Below, one piece after another: positions 18,223 through 27,053 of a DNA stretch of 64,000 nucleotides; within the stretch, counting starts at the first letter, position 1; the number at the start of each line of letters is the position of its first letter. The stretch is taken from the NCBI GenBank assembly GCA_948468595.1, contig CAOKIU010000004.1, positions 1,988 through 65,987 on the forward strand. Direction: 5' to 3'. Both the position numbers and the translations under genes were made by a program. The notes beneath the pieces were generated by a model that did not search any database, was not told the origin of the DNA, and saw only the letters and a list, made by a program, of their open reading frames with translations. The stretch is from an uncultured Christensenella sp. (GTDB taxonomy: Bacteria > Bacillota > Clostridia > Christensenellales > UBA1750).

Positions 18223-20412
18223 ATGGCGATTACCGTTTTAAAGGACCCCATGATCTTCAAGATCGACACGGGGAACGCGAGCTATGTCATGGCGGTGATG
18301 GGACAGGGACACCTGATCCACCTCTATTACGGCGCGGCAATAGACGGGGCGCGGGTGGAGTACCTGGCGGCCGAACGGGGCAGGGCCTCCTTCTGGGCCA
18401 TCCCGGCTGGGGATGAGGACAGCTTTTCCACCGATGTCATGCCCATGGAGTACGCCGGCCAGGGAACGGCCGACCTGCGCCCCGCGGCCGTCGCCACGGT
18501 GGACGCGGACGGCGACAACGTGACGGACCTTCGGTACTTTGGCTATGAGATCCTGGAAGGCAAGCCCGACAACCCCGGCCTGCCTCATACCTATTTAAAC
18601 CAGGGTGACGGGGCCCAGACCCTCAAAATCACGCTGCGGGACGCGGTCAAGGACCTCTATGTGGACCTGTATTACACGGCGTTTGACTTTTCCGGCGCCA
18701 TCGCGCGTTGGACGGTAGTGCGCAACGCGGGCGCGCAGGCGGTGGACCTCACCCGCGTGATGAGCGCCTCCCTACAGTTCCCCGGCAAGGATTATGATTT
18801 GATTCACCTGCACGGCGCGTGGGCGCGGGAATTCCACGTCGAGCGCACGCCCATCGCGCACACCACGCAGGCGGTTTCCTCCTTCCGCGGCTCCTCCTCG
18901 CATTTGCACAATCCCTTTGCCGTTATCGCGGCCAAGGACGCGGATGAGGATGCGGGAGAGGTTTACGGCGTCAGCCTGATCTACTCCTCAAACTTCCTGA
19001 TCGAAACCGATGTCGACGCCTTTGACGGTCTGCGCCTCAACGCGGGCATCAACGACCGCGCCTTTTGCTGGCGCTTGGAGCCGGGCGCGTCCTTTGCCAC
19101 GCCGGAAGCGGTGCTGGTCTTTTCGGATCAGGGCCTGGGCGAGATGTCCCGCGCCTACCACAAGCTCTACCAGCGCAACCTGGCGCGCGGCAAGTACCGC
19201 GACCAACCCCGGCCCGTGCTGCTCAACTCCTGGGAGGGCGTGTACTTCGACTTCAACGCCGAAAAGATCCTGCGCATGGCCAAGAGCGCGGCGCAGACGG
19301 GCATAGAGCTGTTTGTGCTGGACGACGGCTGGTTTGGCAAGCGGGACAACGACCTGTGCGCGCTGGGGGACTGGGTGGTCAACGAAAAAAAGCTGGGCTG
19401 CACGCTGCATGATTTGGTGGAGGGCGTCAAGGCCACGGGCATGGACTTTGGCCTGTGGTTTGAGCCGGAGATGATCTCGCCGGACAGCGACTTGTACCGC
19501 GCGCATCCCACTTGGTGCCTGCACCAGAAAAAGCGCGCCCCTTCCCTGGGCCGCCATCAGCTCATTCTCGATTTGACGCGCAAAGACGTGCAGGATTACG
19601 TGGTCGAGGCGGTGAGCCGTGTGCTCTCCAGCGCCGACATCCGCTACGTCAAATGGGACATGAACCGCAACATGGCGGAGGTTGGCTCCGCCTGCCTGCC
19701 CCCTGAGCGGATCGGAGAGGTTTACCACCGCTACATCCTGGGCGTGTACAGCGTCATGGAGCGCGTCACCTCCGCTTTCCCGAACGTGCTGTTTGAGTCC
19801 TGCTCCGGCGGCGGCGGCCGCTTTGACGCCGGCATTCTCTACTACATGCCGCAAAATTGGACCTCTGACGACAGCGACGCCATCGAACGGCTGAACATCC
19901 AATATGGATGCTCCATGGTCTACCCGCCCTCCGCCATGACCTGCCATGTTTCCGCTGTGCCCAACCACCAGGTCGCCCGCGTCACGCCCCTGAACACGCG
20001 CGGCAACGTCGCCATGCAGGGCAGCTTTGGATATGAGCTGGACATGACCAAGCTCACCCCGGAGGAGAAAGAAGAGGTCGCCGCCCAGGTCGAGGAATAC
20101 AAGAGATACCGCGATTTGGTCATCACCGGATCGCAGTACCGCCTCATTTCGCCTGTGAATAGCAACGAATGCGCGTTTATGACCGTCTCGGCGGACAGAT
20201 CCACCGCCATCCTCACCTACGTCAAAAAGCTCAACGATCCCAATCCGCCCGTCACCCGCGTGCGCCTGAAGGGCTTGGACCCGGACGCGCAGTATCGCGG
20301 CGTGGCGGATGGCAAGGTCTACAGCGGCCGCACGCTGATGAACGCCGGCCTGAACATGCCCGCCATGCGGGCGGACTTTGATTCCGTGCGCATGGTGTTT
20401 GAGCGCGTTTAG
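18223..20412 (+). CDS. Alpha-galactosidase, glycoside hydrolase family 36
   Basis: ORF trimmed by 13 codons to the ATG at 18223 (GGAGGG upstream). Motifs LNSWEGVYFDFN, FVLDDGWFGKRDND, GLWFEPEMISPDS, YVKWDMNR (nucleophile Asp region), ESCSGGGGRFD, QNWTSDDSDAIERL. Confidence 0.9.
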   Translation: MAITVLKDPMIFKIDTGNASYVMAVMGQGHLIHLYYGAAIDGARVEYLAAERGRASFWAIPAGDEDSFSTDVMPMEYAGQGTADLRPAAVATVDADGDNVTDLRYFGYEILEGKPDNPGLPHTYLNQGDGAQTLKITLRDAVKDLYVDLYYTAFDFSGAIARWTVVRNAGAQAVDLTRVMSASLQFPGKDYDLIHLHGAWAREFHVERTPIAHTTQAVSSFRGSSSHLHNPFAVIAAKDADEDAGEVYGVSLIYSSNFLIETDVDAFDGLRLNAGINDRAFCWRLEPGASFATPEAVLVFSDQGLGEMSRAYHKLYQRNLARGKYRDQPRPVLLNSWEGVYFDFNAEKILRMAKSAAQTGIELFVLDDGWFGKRDNDLCALGDWVVNEKKLGCTLHDLVEGVKATGMDFGLWFEPEMISPDSDLYRAHPTWCLHQKKRAPSLGRHQLILDLTRKDVQDYVVEAVSRVLSSADIRYVKWDMNRNMAEVGSACLPPERIGEVYHRYILGVYSVMERVTSAFPNVLFESCSGGGGRFDAGILYYMPQNWTSDDSDAIERLNIQYGCSMVYPPSAMTCHVSAVPNHQVARVTPLNTRGNVAMQGSFGYELDMTKLTPEEKEEVAAQVEEYKRYRDLVITGSQYRLISPVNSNECAFMTVSADRSTAILTYVKKLNDPNPPVTRVRLKGLDPDAQYRGVADGKVYSGRTLMNAGLNMPAMRADFDSVRMVFERV

Positions 20413-20436
20413 CGCCCCGCAAAAGGAGGCTTTGAC

Positions 20437-21156
20437 ATGCCCAACCTGCAACAGCTCATCGATTCCCACCGCCGCGCGGTGTTCTTTGGCGGCGCGGGCG
20501 TTTCCACGGAGAGCGGAATCCCCGACTTTCGCAGCGTGGACGGGCTATACCGCCAGGCCTACGCCTATCCGCCGGAAACCATCCTCAGCCATAGCTTTTT
20601 TGAGCGCAACCCCGAGGAATTCTACCGGTTTTACCGCGAAAAGATGCTCTTATTGGACGTCCGCCCCAACGCGGCGCACGACAAGCTGGCGCGCTTGGAG
20701 GCGGCGGGCCGGCTCAGCGCGGTTGTGACGCAGAACATCGACGGCCTGCATCAAATGGCGGGCAGCCGGACAGTGTGGGAGCTGCACGGCTCCATTCACC
20801 GCAACCACTGCCTGACCTGCGGCAGGACCTACGACGCGCGCTTTATGCTCGAGAGCCGCGGCGTGCCGCGCTGCGCCTGCGGGGGCGCCGTGCGGCCGGA
20901 CGTGGTGCTCTACGAAGAGGGCTTGGACGACGCGGTTTTGGAGGGCGCGACAGCGGCCATCGCCCAGGCGGACCTGCTCATCATCGGCGGCACATCGCTG
21001 GCCGTCTACCCGGCGGCGGGGCTGCTCCAATTCTTTCGGGGGGATGCGGTGGTGCAGATCAACCGCGACCCAACCCCTTACGATGGCCGCGCGACGCTCT
21101 GCCTGCATGAGGGCATCGGCAAGGTGCTGGGCGACATCCAGGTCAACCCCCTTTAA
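20437..21156 (+). CDS. cobB: NAD-dependent protein deacylase, Sir2 family
   Basis: GAGVSTESGIPDFRS, TQNIDGLH, Zn ribbon CLTCG..CACGG, GTSLAVYPAA. Confidence 0.9.
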   Translation: MPNLQQLIDSHRRAVFFGGAGVSTESGIPDFRSVDGLYRQAYAYPPETILSHSFFERNPEEFYRFYREKMLLLDVRPNAAHDKLARLEAAGRLSAVVTQNIDGLHQMAGSRTVWELHGSIHRNHCLTCGRTYDARFMLESRGVPRCACGGAVRPDVVLYEEGLDDAVLEGATAAIAQADLLIIGGTSLAVYPAAGLLQFFRGDAVVQINRDPTPYDGRATLCLHEGIGKVLGDIQVNPL

Positions 21157-21268
21157 GCGCAGGGGGAATCCGCGAAACGGAGAACAACGCCGGCATACCT
21201 TCCGCGCATAACGCTGGCGGTAAAGGGGAGCGCGGATTGCAGCAAATCGGAATTTGGGAGGCGCGCAC

Positions 21269-21604
21269 ATGACGATCAACGAATACCAAAGCCTGGCGAT
21301 GCGGACGCTCAATCCCGCGTTGCAGAAGAGGGATGTTTTGATCAACAGCGTGATGGGCCTTTGCGGTGAATCCGGCGAGGCCATCGACCTTGTGAAGAAA
21401 TGGCTTGCCCAGGGGCATGCCTTGGATAAAGCGCACCTTGCCAAAGAGCTTGGCGACATCGCCTGGTATTTGGCCGAGGCGGCTACCGCGCTGGATCTGC
21501 CGCTGGAAGAGATTTTACAGGGGAATATCGATAAGCTGAAAAATCGGTATCCGGAGGGCTTCGCGTCGGAGAAATCCGTCCTTCGCTTGGAGGGCGACCT
21601 CTGA
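21269..21604 (+). CDS. MazG-like all-alpha nucleoside triphosphate pyrophosphohydrolase domain protein
   Basis: ORF trimmed by 5 codons to the ATG at 21269 (GGGAGG upstream). MTINEYQSLAMRT...GLCGESGEAIDLVKKW...ELGDIAWYLAEAA...NIDKLKNRYPEGF matches the small MazG-domain family. Confidence 0.8.
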   Translation: MTINEYQSLAMRTLNPALQKRDVLINSVMGLCGESGEAIDLVKKWLAQGHALDKAHLAKELGDIAWYLAEAATALDLPLEEILQGNIDKLKNRYPEGFASEKSVLRLEGDL

Positions 21605-21680
21605 AAGGGGCGCTGGCAAGGATGCTGGAAAGAGCGCGGCCGCGGCTTAGAACAAGGCGCATGGAAAGGGGAGCAAGAGA

Positions 21681-23402
21681 ATGGTTTTGGAGGAACTGGG
21701 AAAGAGAATCCTGTTTTTTGACGGAGCGATGGGGACGCAGCTTCTCGCCGCGGGCCTGGCGCAGGGGGAGCGGCCGGAGATGTGGAACCTCACCCACGAG
21801 GAAGCGGTCCGGGATATTCACCTGCGCTATCTGCGCGCCGGCGCGGACCTTGTGACGAGCAATACCTTTGGCATCAACGCGCTGCGGTTTGCGCAGGACC
21901 AGGTGGAGCAGCTGACGGCGCGCGCGGTGCGCATCGCCCGGGATGCCTGCCGCTTGACCGGGCGCGGGGCCGTGGCCCTGGATATGGGCCCCACGGGCCG
22001 CATGCTGGAACCGTATGGTGATCTTGGCTTTGAGCGGGCGGTGGAGCTGTATGCGCAGGTAGCCAGGGCGGGGGAGTCCGCCGGCGCGGACTGCGTGCTG
22101 ATTGAAACCATGGCCGACGCCTACGAATTAAAGGCGGCGGTGTTGGGCGCCAAGGAGGGGTGCGGCCTGCCCATCCTGGCTACCGTCACGGTGGATGAGG
22201 CGGGCAGGCTGCTCACCGGCGCGGACCTGCCCACGGTTGCGGCGCTGCTGGAGGGGCTGGGCGTGCGCGCCTTGGGCCTGAACTGCGGCCTCGGCCCCCG
22301 GCAAATGGAGGGCTTGCTGGCGCAGCTGCGGCAGGTCTGCTCGCTGCCCATCATCGTCCAGCCCAACGCCGGCCTGCCGCGCCAGGAAGGGGAGCGCGTG
22401 GTTTACGACGTGGATGCCGAGGGCTTTGCGCGCAGCCTGGAGCGCATCTGCGAAGGGGGCGCGTGGATCGTGGGCGGATGCTGCGGCACGACGCCGGAGC
22501 ACATCCAAAGGGCCGTTGCGGCCTGCCGCGCCGTGGCCCCCCGTCCCCTGCCGGAGCGCAGGCGGACCGTGATCACCTCCGGACGCCGCGCGGTTGCGCT
22601 GGGGGAGCGGACGTGCGTCGTGGGCGAGCGCATCAACCCGACGGGAAAGCCCGCGCTGGAGCAGGCGCTGCGCGCGCATGACATGGATGAGCTGCTGGAC
22701 GAGGCGGACGCGCAGGCAGAAAGCGGCGCGGATGTGCTGGATGTCAACGTGGGCCTCTCTCAAGTGGATGAGGCGGCGCTGCTCGGCGAGGCGGTGCAGG
22801 CCATTCAGGCCGTGACAAGCCTGCCGCTGCAAATCGACACCGCATCTCCGGCCGCGATGGAGCGCGCGATGCGCCTGTACAACGGCAAGCCCATGGTCAA
22901 CTCCGTCACCTGCAGGCAAGAGGATATGGACGCCATTTTTCCGCTGGTGAAGAAATACGGCGGCGTGGTGATAGGGCTGACGATGGATGAGGAGGGCATC
23001 CCCAAGACGGCGGAGGGCCGCGTGCGCATCGCGGAAAAGATTCTGCGCCGCGCCGAGGAATACGGCATTGGCCGGGAGGATGTCGTCATGGACGCGCTGA
23101 CCTTGGCCATTTCCGCCGGGGCGGACGCGCGCGTCACGCTGGAAGCTGCGCGCCGCATCAAGGAAGAGCTGGGGGTGCGCACGATTCTGGGCATTTCCAA
23201 CGTCTCCTTTGGCCTGCCGGGGCGGGAACAGCTCAACGCCGCCTTTCTCTCCATGGCCGTGGCCTGCGGGTTGGACGCGGCGATTGTCAACCCCCTGTCC
23301 GAACCGGTGATGCGCGCCCTTTGCGCGGCGCAAGCGCTGGTGGGGGCCGATCCGGATTGCGCGTCGTACATCGCCAAAACCGCCGGAAAGGGCGCGCGCT
23401 GA
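21681..23402 (+). CDS. Homocysteine S-methyltransferase domain fused to pterin-binding domain (MetH-like, no cobalamin-binding domain)
   Basis: Hcy-binding barrel with Zn-ligand cysteines (LGLNCGLGP, VGGCCGTTPEHI), then pterin-binding barrel (GADVLDVNVG, LPLQIDT, MVNSVT, GISNVSFGLPGRE). The protein ends about 40 aa after the barrel. Confidence 0.85.
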   Translation: MVLEELGKRILFFDGAMGTQLLAAGLAQGERPEMWNLTHEEAVRDIHLRYLRAGADLVTSNTFGINALRFAQDQVEQLTARAVRIARDACRLTGRGAVALDMGPTGRMLEPYGDLGFERAVELYAQVARAGESAGADCVLIETMADAYELKAAVLGAKEGCGLPILATVTVDEAGRLLTGADLPTVAALLEGLGVRALGLNCGLGPRQMEGLLAQLRQVCSLPIIVQPNAGLPRQEGERVVYDVDAEGFARSLERICEGGAWIVGGCCGTTPEHIQRAVAACRAVAPRPLPERRRTVITSGRRAVALGERTCVVGERINPTGKPALEQALRAHDMDELLDEADAQAESGADVLDVNVGLSQVDEAALLGEAVQAIQAVTSLPLQIDTASPAAMERAMRLYNGKPMVNSVTCRQEDMDAIFPLVKKYGGVVIGLTMDEEGIPKTAEGRVRIAEKILRRAEEYGIGREDVVMDALTLAISAGADARVTLEAARRIKEELGVRTILGISNVSFGLPGREQLNAAFLSMAVACGLDAAIVNPLSEPVMRALCAAQALVGADPDCASYIAKTAGKGAR

Positions 23403-23412
23403 ACCAAACAAC

Positions 23413-23451
23413 AAAATCCCCTCCCGACGCCCAGCGTCGGGAGGGGATTTT
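23413..23451. terminator. Bidirectional rho-independent terminator between convergent genes
   Basis: AAAATCCCCTCCCGACGC-CCA-GCGTCGGGAGGGGATTTT: a perfect 18-bp stem with A-run and T-run flanks. Confidence 0.85.
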
Positions 23452-23467
23452 GCATCCGGTGAAACCG

Positions 23468-23998
23468 TCAATACTTGCGGTAATAGTAGTAAACGTCGCC
23501 CCGCATGCCCGGTAGGCAGTGCCCCACGGTCATCCGCTTTTCGTACAGCGAAAAGCCGCACTTTTCCGCAAGGCGGCAGGCGGATGCATCGCTCTGATCC
23601 GCCAACAGCACAAGATAGGGGAGATCGGACTGTTTTAGAAGCCAATCGGAGAGCAGGTTGACGGCCTCCTTCGTGTAGCCGCATCCCTTGTGGGCCTCGG
23701 ACACGAAATAGGTCATCTGCATCACGTTCAGCTCTGTTTGCTCGCTCACGCGCACCATGCCGATCAGCTCATCCTTGCCGGGCAGGGTCACGGCGAACGT
23801 GCATGCCGCGCGCGGGTTGCCGGCATGCGCTTCCGCTCGCTCGCCCAGCAGCGCGTCAAAAGCCCCCGGAAGCGCCGTGCTATCGGACCCATCCGGCAGC
23901 AACCGCGCAATGGCCGGCTCCCGCGCGATGCGCAAAAAGCGCTCCTCGTCCCGCCGCTCCAAGGAGCGCAGCAATATGCTCTTGCCCTCCAGAATCAT
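23468..23998 (-). CDS. GNAT-family N-acetyltransferase (RimJ/RimL-like)
   Basis: MILEGKSILLRSLERRDEERF..., acetyl-CoA motif region YFVSEAHKGCGYTKEAVNLLSDWL. Confidence 0.8.
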   Translation of the reverse strand: MILEGKSILLRSLERRDEERFLRIAREPAIARLLPDGSDSTALPGAFDALLGERAEAHAGNPRAACTFAVTLPGKDELIGMVRVSEQTELNVMQMTYFVSEAHKGCGYTKEAVNLLSDWLLKQSDLPYLVLLADQSDASACRLAEKCGFSLYEKRMTVGHCLPGMRGDVYYYYRKY

Positions 23999-24021
23999 GT
24001 ATCCCGCCGCCTTTCCACGCT

Positions 24022-24363
24022 TTACTTAATCGTCCCGCTCGAGACCCATTGATCCAGCTCGATGATGTTCATGTAGACGGCATCCGGGCGCAGCGCCAAT
24101 TGATCGACGAGGTAGTCGTACAGCCCCTTTGTGAACGCCTGCTTTTGCGCCAAGGGAGAGGGTTTGTACAGGCGAAGATCGACAAACGCGCCGTTTATCC
24201 GCTCGCCCTTCATGTACAGGGCGCAGTCCTGCTCGATGTGGACCATGCAGTTGTCCGCGTTCTTGTTGGGGATCAAGCAGATGAGCTGGGCGCAGGCCTC
24301 ATAGAGCGACCGCTGCTCCTCGCCGGTGAGGGGTTTGCCAACTTTGACGTGCAAATAGGGCAT
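24022..24363 (-). CDS. Tautomerase-superfamily (MIF/4-OT-like) protein
   Basis: ORF trimmed by 16 codons to the ATG at 24363 (AGGAGG upstream). Begins MPYLHVKVGKPLT, i.e. Pro-1 after Met removal, the hallmark catalytic residue. 113 aa. Confidence 0.7.
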   Translation of the reverse strand: MPYLHVKVGKPLTGEEQRSLYEACAQLICLIPNKNADNCMVHIEQDCALYMKGERINGAFVDLRLYKPSPLAQKQAFTKGLYDYLVDQLALRPDAVYMNIIELDQWVSSGTIK

Positions 24364-24433
24364 GGTGATTCCTCCTGTAGTTCTTAATTTGACGGGAAAG
24401 CCGCCGCGCAAACGGGCGCGGAGGCAAGCCTCT

Positions 24434-25330
24434 TTATCGGGGCCAGGCGAGCATCACGTCCGCCGCGCCCGAAAAGGAGACGGTTTCGTTAGGCAGGATC
24501 AGCACGCTCATGCCGGGCGTGACGGTGAGGGAATCAAAGCAAAGACTGCCCGAGAGCAGGGTCGCGCACACAAAGACATCGCGCGGGTTTTCGTAGGTGC
24601 CTTTAAGCGTCGTCCTGCGCGTGGAGTAAGCGGCCTCGTCATAGTCGTGATCCCGCTCATAGGGGACGGCCGTGGAGGCTTTGGCGGGGTCCACGTTTTC
24701 CATTGCCTGCTCCAATTGCAGCGGCCGCTTCGCGCCGGAGGCGTCCACCCGGTCGTAATCGTAGAAGCGATAGGTCACGTCCGTAGACTGCTGAATCTCG
24801 TATACCAGGCTGCCCGCGCACAGGGCGTGCAGCGTGCCCGTCTCCACAAAGACATAATCGCCTTCCTTTACGGGAAGACGGCCCACCGCCTCATCCCAGC
24901 GCCCCTCCTGAACCAGAGTGCGCAGCGCCTCCACGCTTTGACAGTTGCAGCCGTTTACAATGGAGCCGCGCGCGGGCGCCTTGAGGAAGAGCCAGCTCTC
25001 CGTCTTGCCAAAGGGCGCACCCTCATGCGCCTGCGCGTACGCATCGCTGGGATGGATCTGAATGGAGAGATCTTCCCGGGCGTCCACCAGGCCGATGAGC
25101 AGGGGAAAGGACTCGCACAGCTGGGAACCGAACAGCCCGCGGTGTTCCCGATAGACATCGTAGAGCGTCATGCCGATGAACTCGCCGTTGAGCACGGTGC
25201 AGGTCAGCTCTTCGTTGCCCGCCACAGTATAGAGCGAGCCCACGTGCGGGTTGAGCGGGTCGGCGCCATAGGGCTGCAACCGCGTGCCGCCCCAGAGCGT
25301 GGTCTTTGCAAGGGTATCCAATACAAACAT
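24434..25330 (-). CDS. manA: Mannose-6-phosphate isomerase, class I (Firmicute type)
   Basis: ORF trimmed by 10 codons to the ATG at 25330 (AAGGAGAG upstream). FPLLIGLVDAREDLSIQIHPSD, FGKTESWLFL, VETGTLHALCAG, YEIQQSTDVTYRFYDYDR. Confidence 0.85.
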   Translation of the reverse strand: MFVLDTLAKTTLWGGTRLQPYGADPLNPHVGSLYTVAGNEELTCTVLNGEFIGMTLYDVYREHRGLFGSQLCESFPLLIGLVDAREDLSIQIHPSDAYAQAHEGAPFGKTESWLFLKAPARGSIVNGCNCQSVEALRTLVQEGRWDEAVGRLPVKEGDYVFVETGTLHALCAGSLVYEIQQSTDVTYRFYDYDRVDASGAKRPLQLEQAMENVDPAKASTAVPYERDHDYDEAAYSTRRTTLKGTYENPRDVFVCATLLSGSLCFDSLTVTPGMSVLILPNETVSFSGAADVMLAWPR

Positions 25331-25461
25331 GGCTTTCGCTCTCCTTGAACCTGATCCCATGGCCCTAAAGCGGGATCATGGCGTCTCTTCGATAAGGACT
25401 CGAAGGAAGCCGGTTTTAAGCCCGCAGCACGCCGCCGCAGCCGCTTCCGGTTGTCCCCATT

Positions 25462-26736
25462 TTACAACTTTATCCGCAGCTTGTCCAATACATTGTTGTA
25501 TAGCAGCATCCCCGCGGTGCGCTCCGCCTCCTCCAGGTCCATGGCGCCCTCATCCACTTTGCGTGCGAGCGCACGCGCCACCATGCGCCGCGCCATCATC
25601 TGATGGCCGTAGATGGGGTCGATGGGAATGTAGTCGCCGCCAAAGGCGAAGATCTTGTTGCGGGGCATCACATCCAGGTATTCGGCCAGCGCGTTTTCCG
25701 CGGCCAGGGGAGAGACGATGTTCATCCAGGCAAAGTCCACCGTCACATTGGGAAACTGCTTGCCCAGAATGCCCATCTGTCCCACGTAGGGGTAGCCGAT
25801 GTGGAATAGATCAAAGCGCAAGCCCGGATATTTCAACAGCAGGTTGGTCAATTGCAGCGGATCGGTATAGGGAAGGTAGTTGCCGTTGCCCTCCTGGAAC
25901 CCCGTGTGGATCTGCAAAAACGCGCCCATTTCCTCCAAAATGCCCAGGCAGAAGTGCAAAATGTAATCCTGTAGCCGCAGTGGGATGGGGGCTTTGGGGT
26001 TTTGGAGGAAGCGCGGCATCGTCTCCTTAAAGTCGGCCGCGGCGTCCTCATAGCGCACCTGCTCAAAGCGCAGCGGGCGGCTGTAGGCCACGCCCAGCTT
26101 GTAGCCCTGATAGCCGTAGGACGGCGAGGCGGTCAGGTCCGCGCGCACCGCGGCCAGGAACCCGTCAAACGTCATAAGATCCGTGCCATAGTGCACCAGG
26201 GAATCCCAGATGAAGTCCCATTCCGAAAGATACCCGTCCAGCCGCAGAACCTGCGCAAAGAGGGTGTCGTCCGACCAGCCGCTGCCGTACATGTGCGCAA
26301 ACCCGTCGTTGATGCTGCGCTCAATGTGGCAGCAGTCCTTGAGCACGTGGCGGAAGTAATCGGGATTGTCCAGATTGCGTTGGAAGGCCGCGTTGATGCG
26401 GCCGATGGTTTGCCGGTCGACGCGCTTTTCGCCGTACAGGCCGCGCGCCGTCTCGTCCAGCGACCGGCCGTAGCCCGTGGTGCGGCAAATCTCCCACCAG
26501 GGCTCAATCTGGGAGAAGCGCTCCTCCACATCCCGCGTCGTGTCCAGCGCCGCTTGGAGCAGCGCCGGGGGCATTCCCGCGGAGAGCAAATCCTTGTCAA
26601 AATAATGGCGCAGATATTCCGTCAGGATGTCCGCGGGCTGCGGGCGCAGACTGGGCCGAAGGGGCAGGTGTTCGTGGGTGTCTAAAATGGGCGTCTGTGC
26701 GATGCGGTCAAAAAGCGTGCTTGCCGTTGCGTTCAT
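25462..26736 (-). CDS. Amidohydrolase-superfamily TIM-barrel metalloenzyme (uronate-isomerase-like), function unknown
   Basis: ATG at 26736, 7 nt after AAGGAGG. ILDTHEHLP (HxH metal motif), FLQIHTGF, DLFHIGYPY, GGDY. Confidence 0.75.
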   Translation of the reverse strand: MNATASTLFDRIAQTPILDTHEHLPLRPSLRPQPADILTEYLRHYFDKDLLSAGMPPALLQAALDTTRDVEERFSQIEPWWEICRTTGYGRSLDETARGLYGEKRVDRQTIGRINAAFQRNLDNPDYFRHVLKDCCHIERSINDGFAHMYGSGWSDDTLFAQVLRLDGYLSEWDFIWDSLVHYGTDLMTFDGFLAAVRADLTASPSYGYQGYKLGVAYSRPLRFEQVRYEDAAADFKETMPRFLQNPKAPIPLRLQDYILHFCLGILEEMGAFLQIHTGFQEGNGNYLPYTDPLQLTNLLLKYPGLRFDLFHIGYPYVGQMGILGKQFPNVTVDFAWMNIVSPLAAENALAEYLDVMPRNKIFAFGGDYIPIDPIYGHQMMARRMVARALARKVDEGAMDLEEAERTAGMLLYNNVLDKLRIKL

Positions 26737-26917
26737 CAAAATGCCTCCTTGCCGTTGCTAGCGATTCATGTCGCTGCATATAGTGTTCTGCGCGGCGCTG
26801 TACAAGTCCTTGTTTTCCCGTCCCTTCGCCCTCTTTCCCGGCTTGTTTGTTGTATCCCAAAGCAAGATGGAATTGTTTGTTTTTCACGCCAAAAAAATAC
26901 ACTTCTCTCCAACAGTG

Positions 26918-26957
26918 TTGACAGTCACTTAACAAAATGATACGCTTTTTGTACTAT
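26918..26957 (+). promoter_or_regulatory. Promoter region of the seven-gene envelope operon (two alternative sigma-A registers)
   Basis: Register 1: TTGACA (26918-23), 17 nt, TACGCT (26941-46). Register 2: TTAACA (26929-34), 17 nt, TACTAT (26952-57). Either register puts the track's ATG at 26937 inside the promoter. Confidence 0.5.
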
Positions 26958-27053
26958 GGGGTCCCATCGGGAGCGCGGTTTTACGTGTTGGGCCGCGGGA
27001 AGTCGACGATGGACCTTTGGCAGGGGCAGAAATCGGAAAGGGCGGTAGGGTGT

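Noticed and set aside
18988-20469. 493-aa minus-strand ORF
   Set aside because: Antisense to the GH36 alpha-galactosidase frame.
20437-21604. Sir2 + MazG-like pair as an anti-phage defence module
   Set aside because: The Sir2 protein is a complete housekeeping-type deacylase (GAGxS, Zn ribbon, 239 aa) with no effector or sensor fusion. The neighbours are metabolic, and no other defence hallmarks are present.
22128-23684. 518-aa minus-strand ORF
   Set aside because: Antisense to the MetH-like gene. It also runs through a perfect bidirectional terminator.
26958-27053. c-di-GMP riboswitch in the leader of the envelope operon
   Set aside because: I looked for the GEMM-I/II cores (GCAAA..ACGCAAAGC; ACGCACAGGGCAAACC) and found neither.
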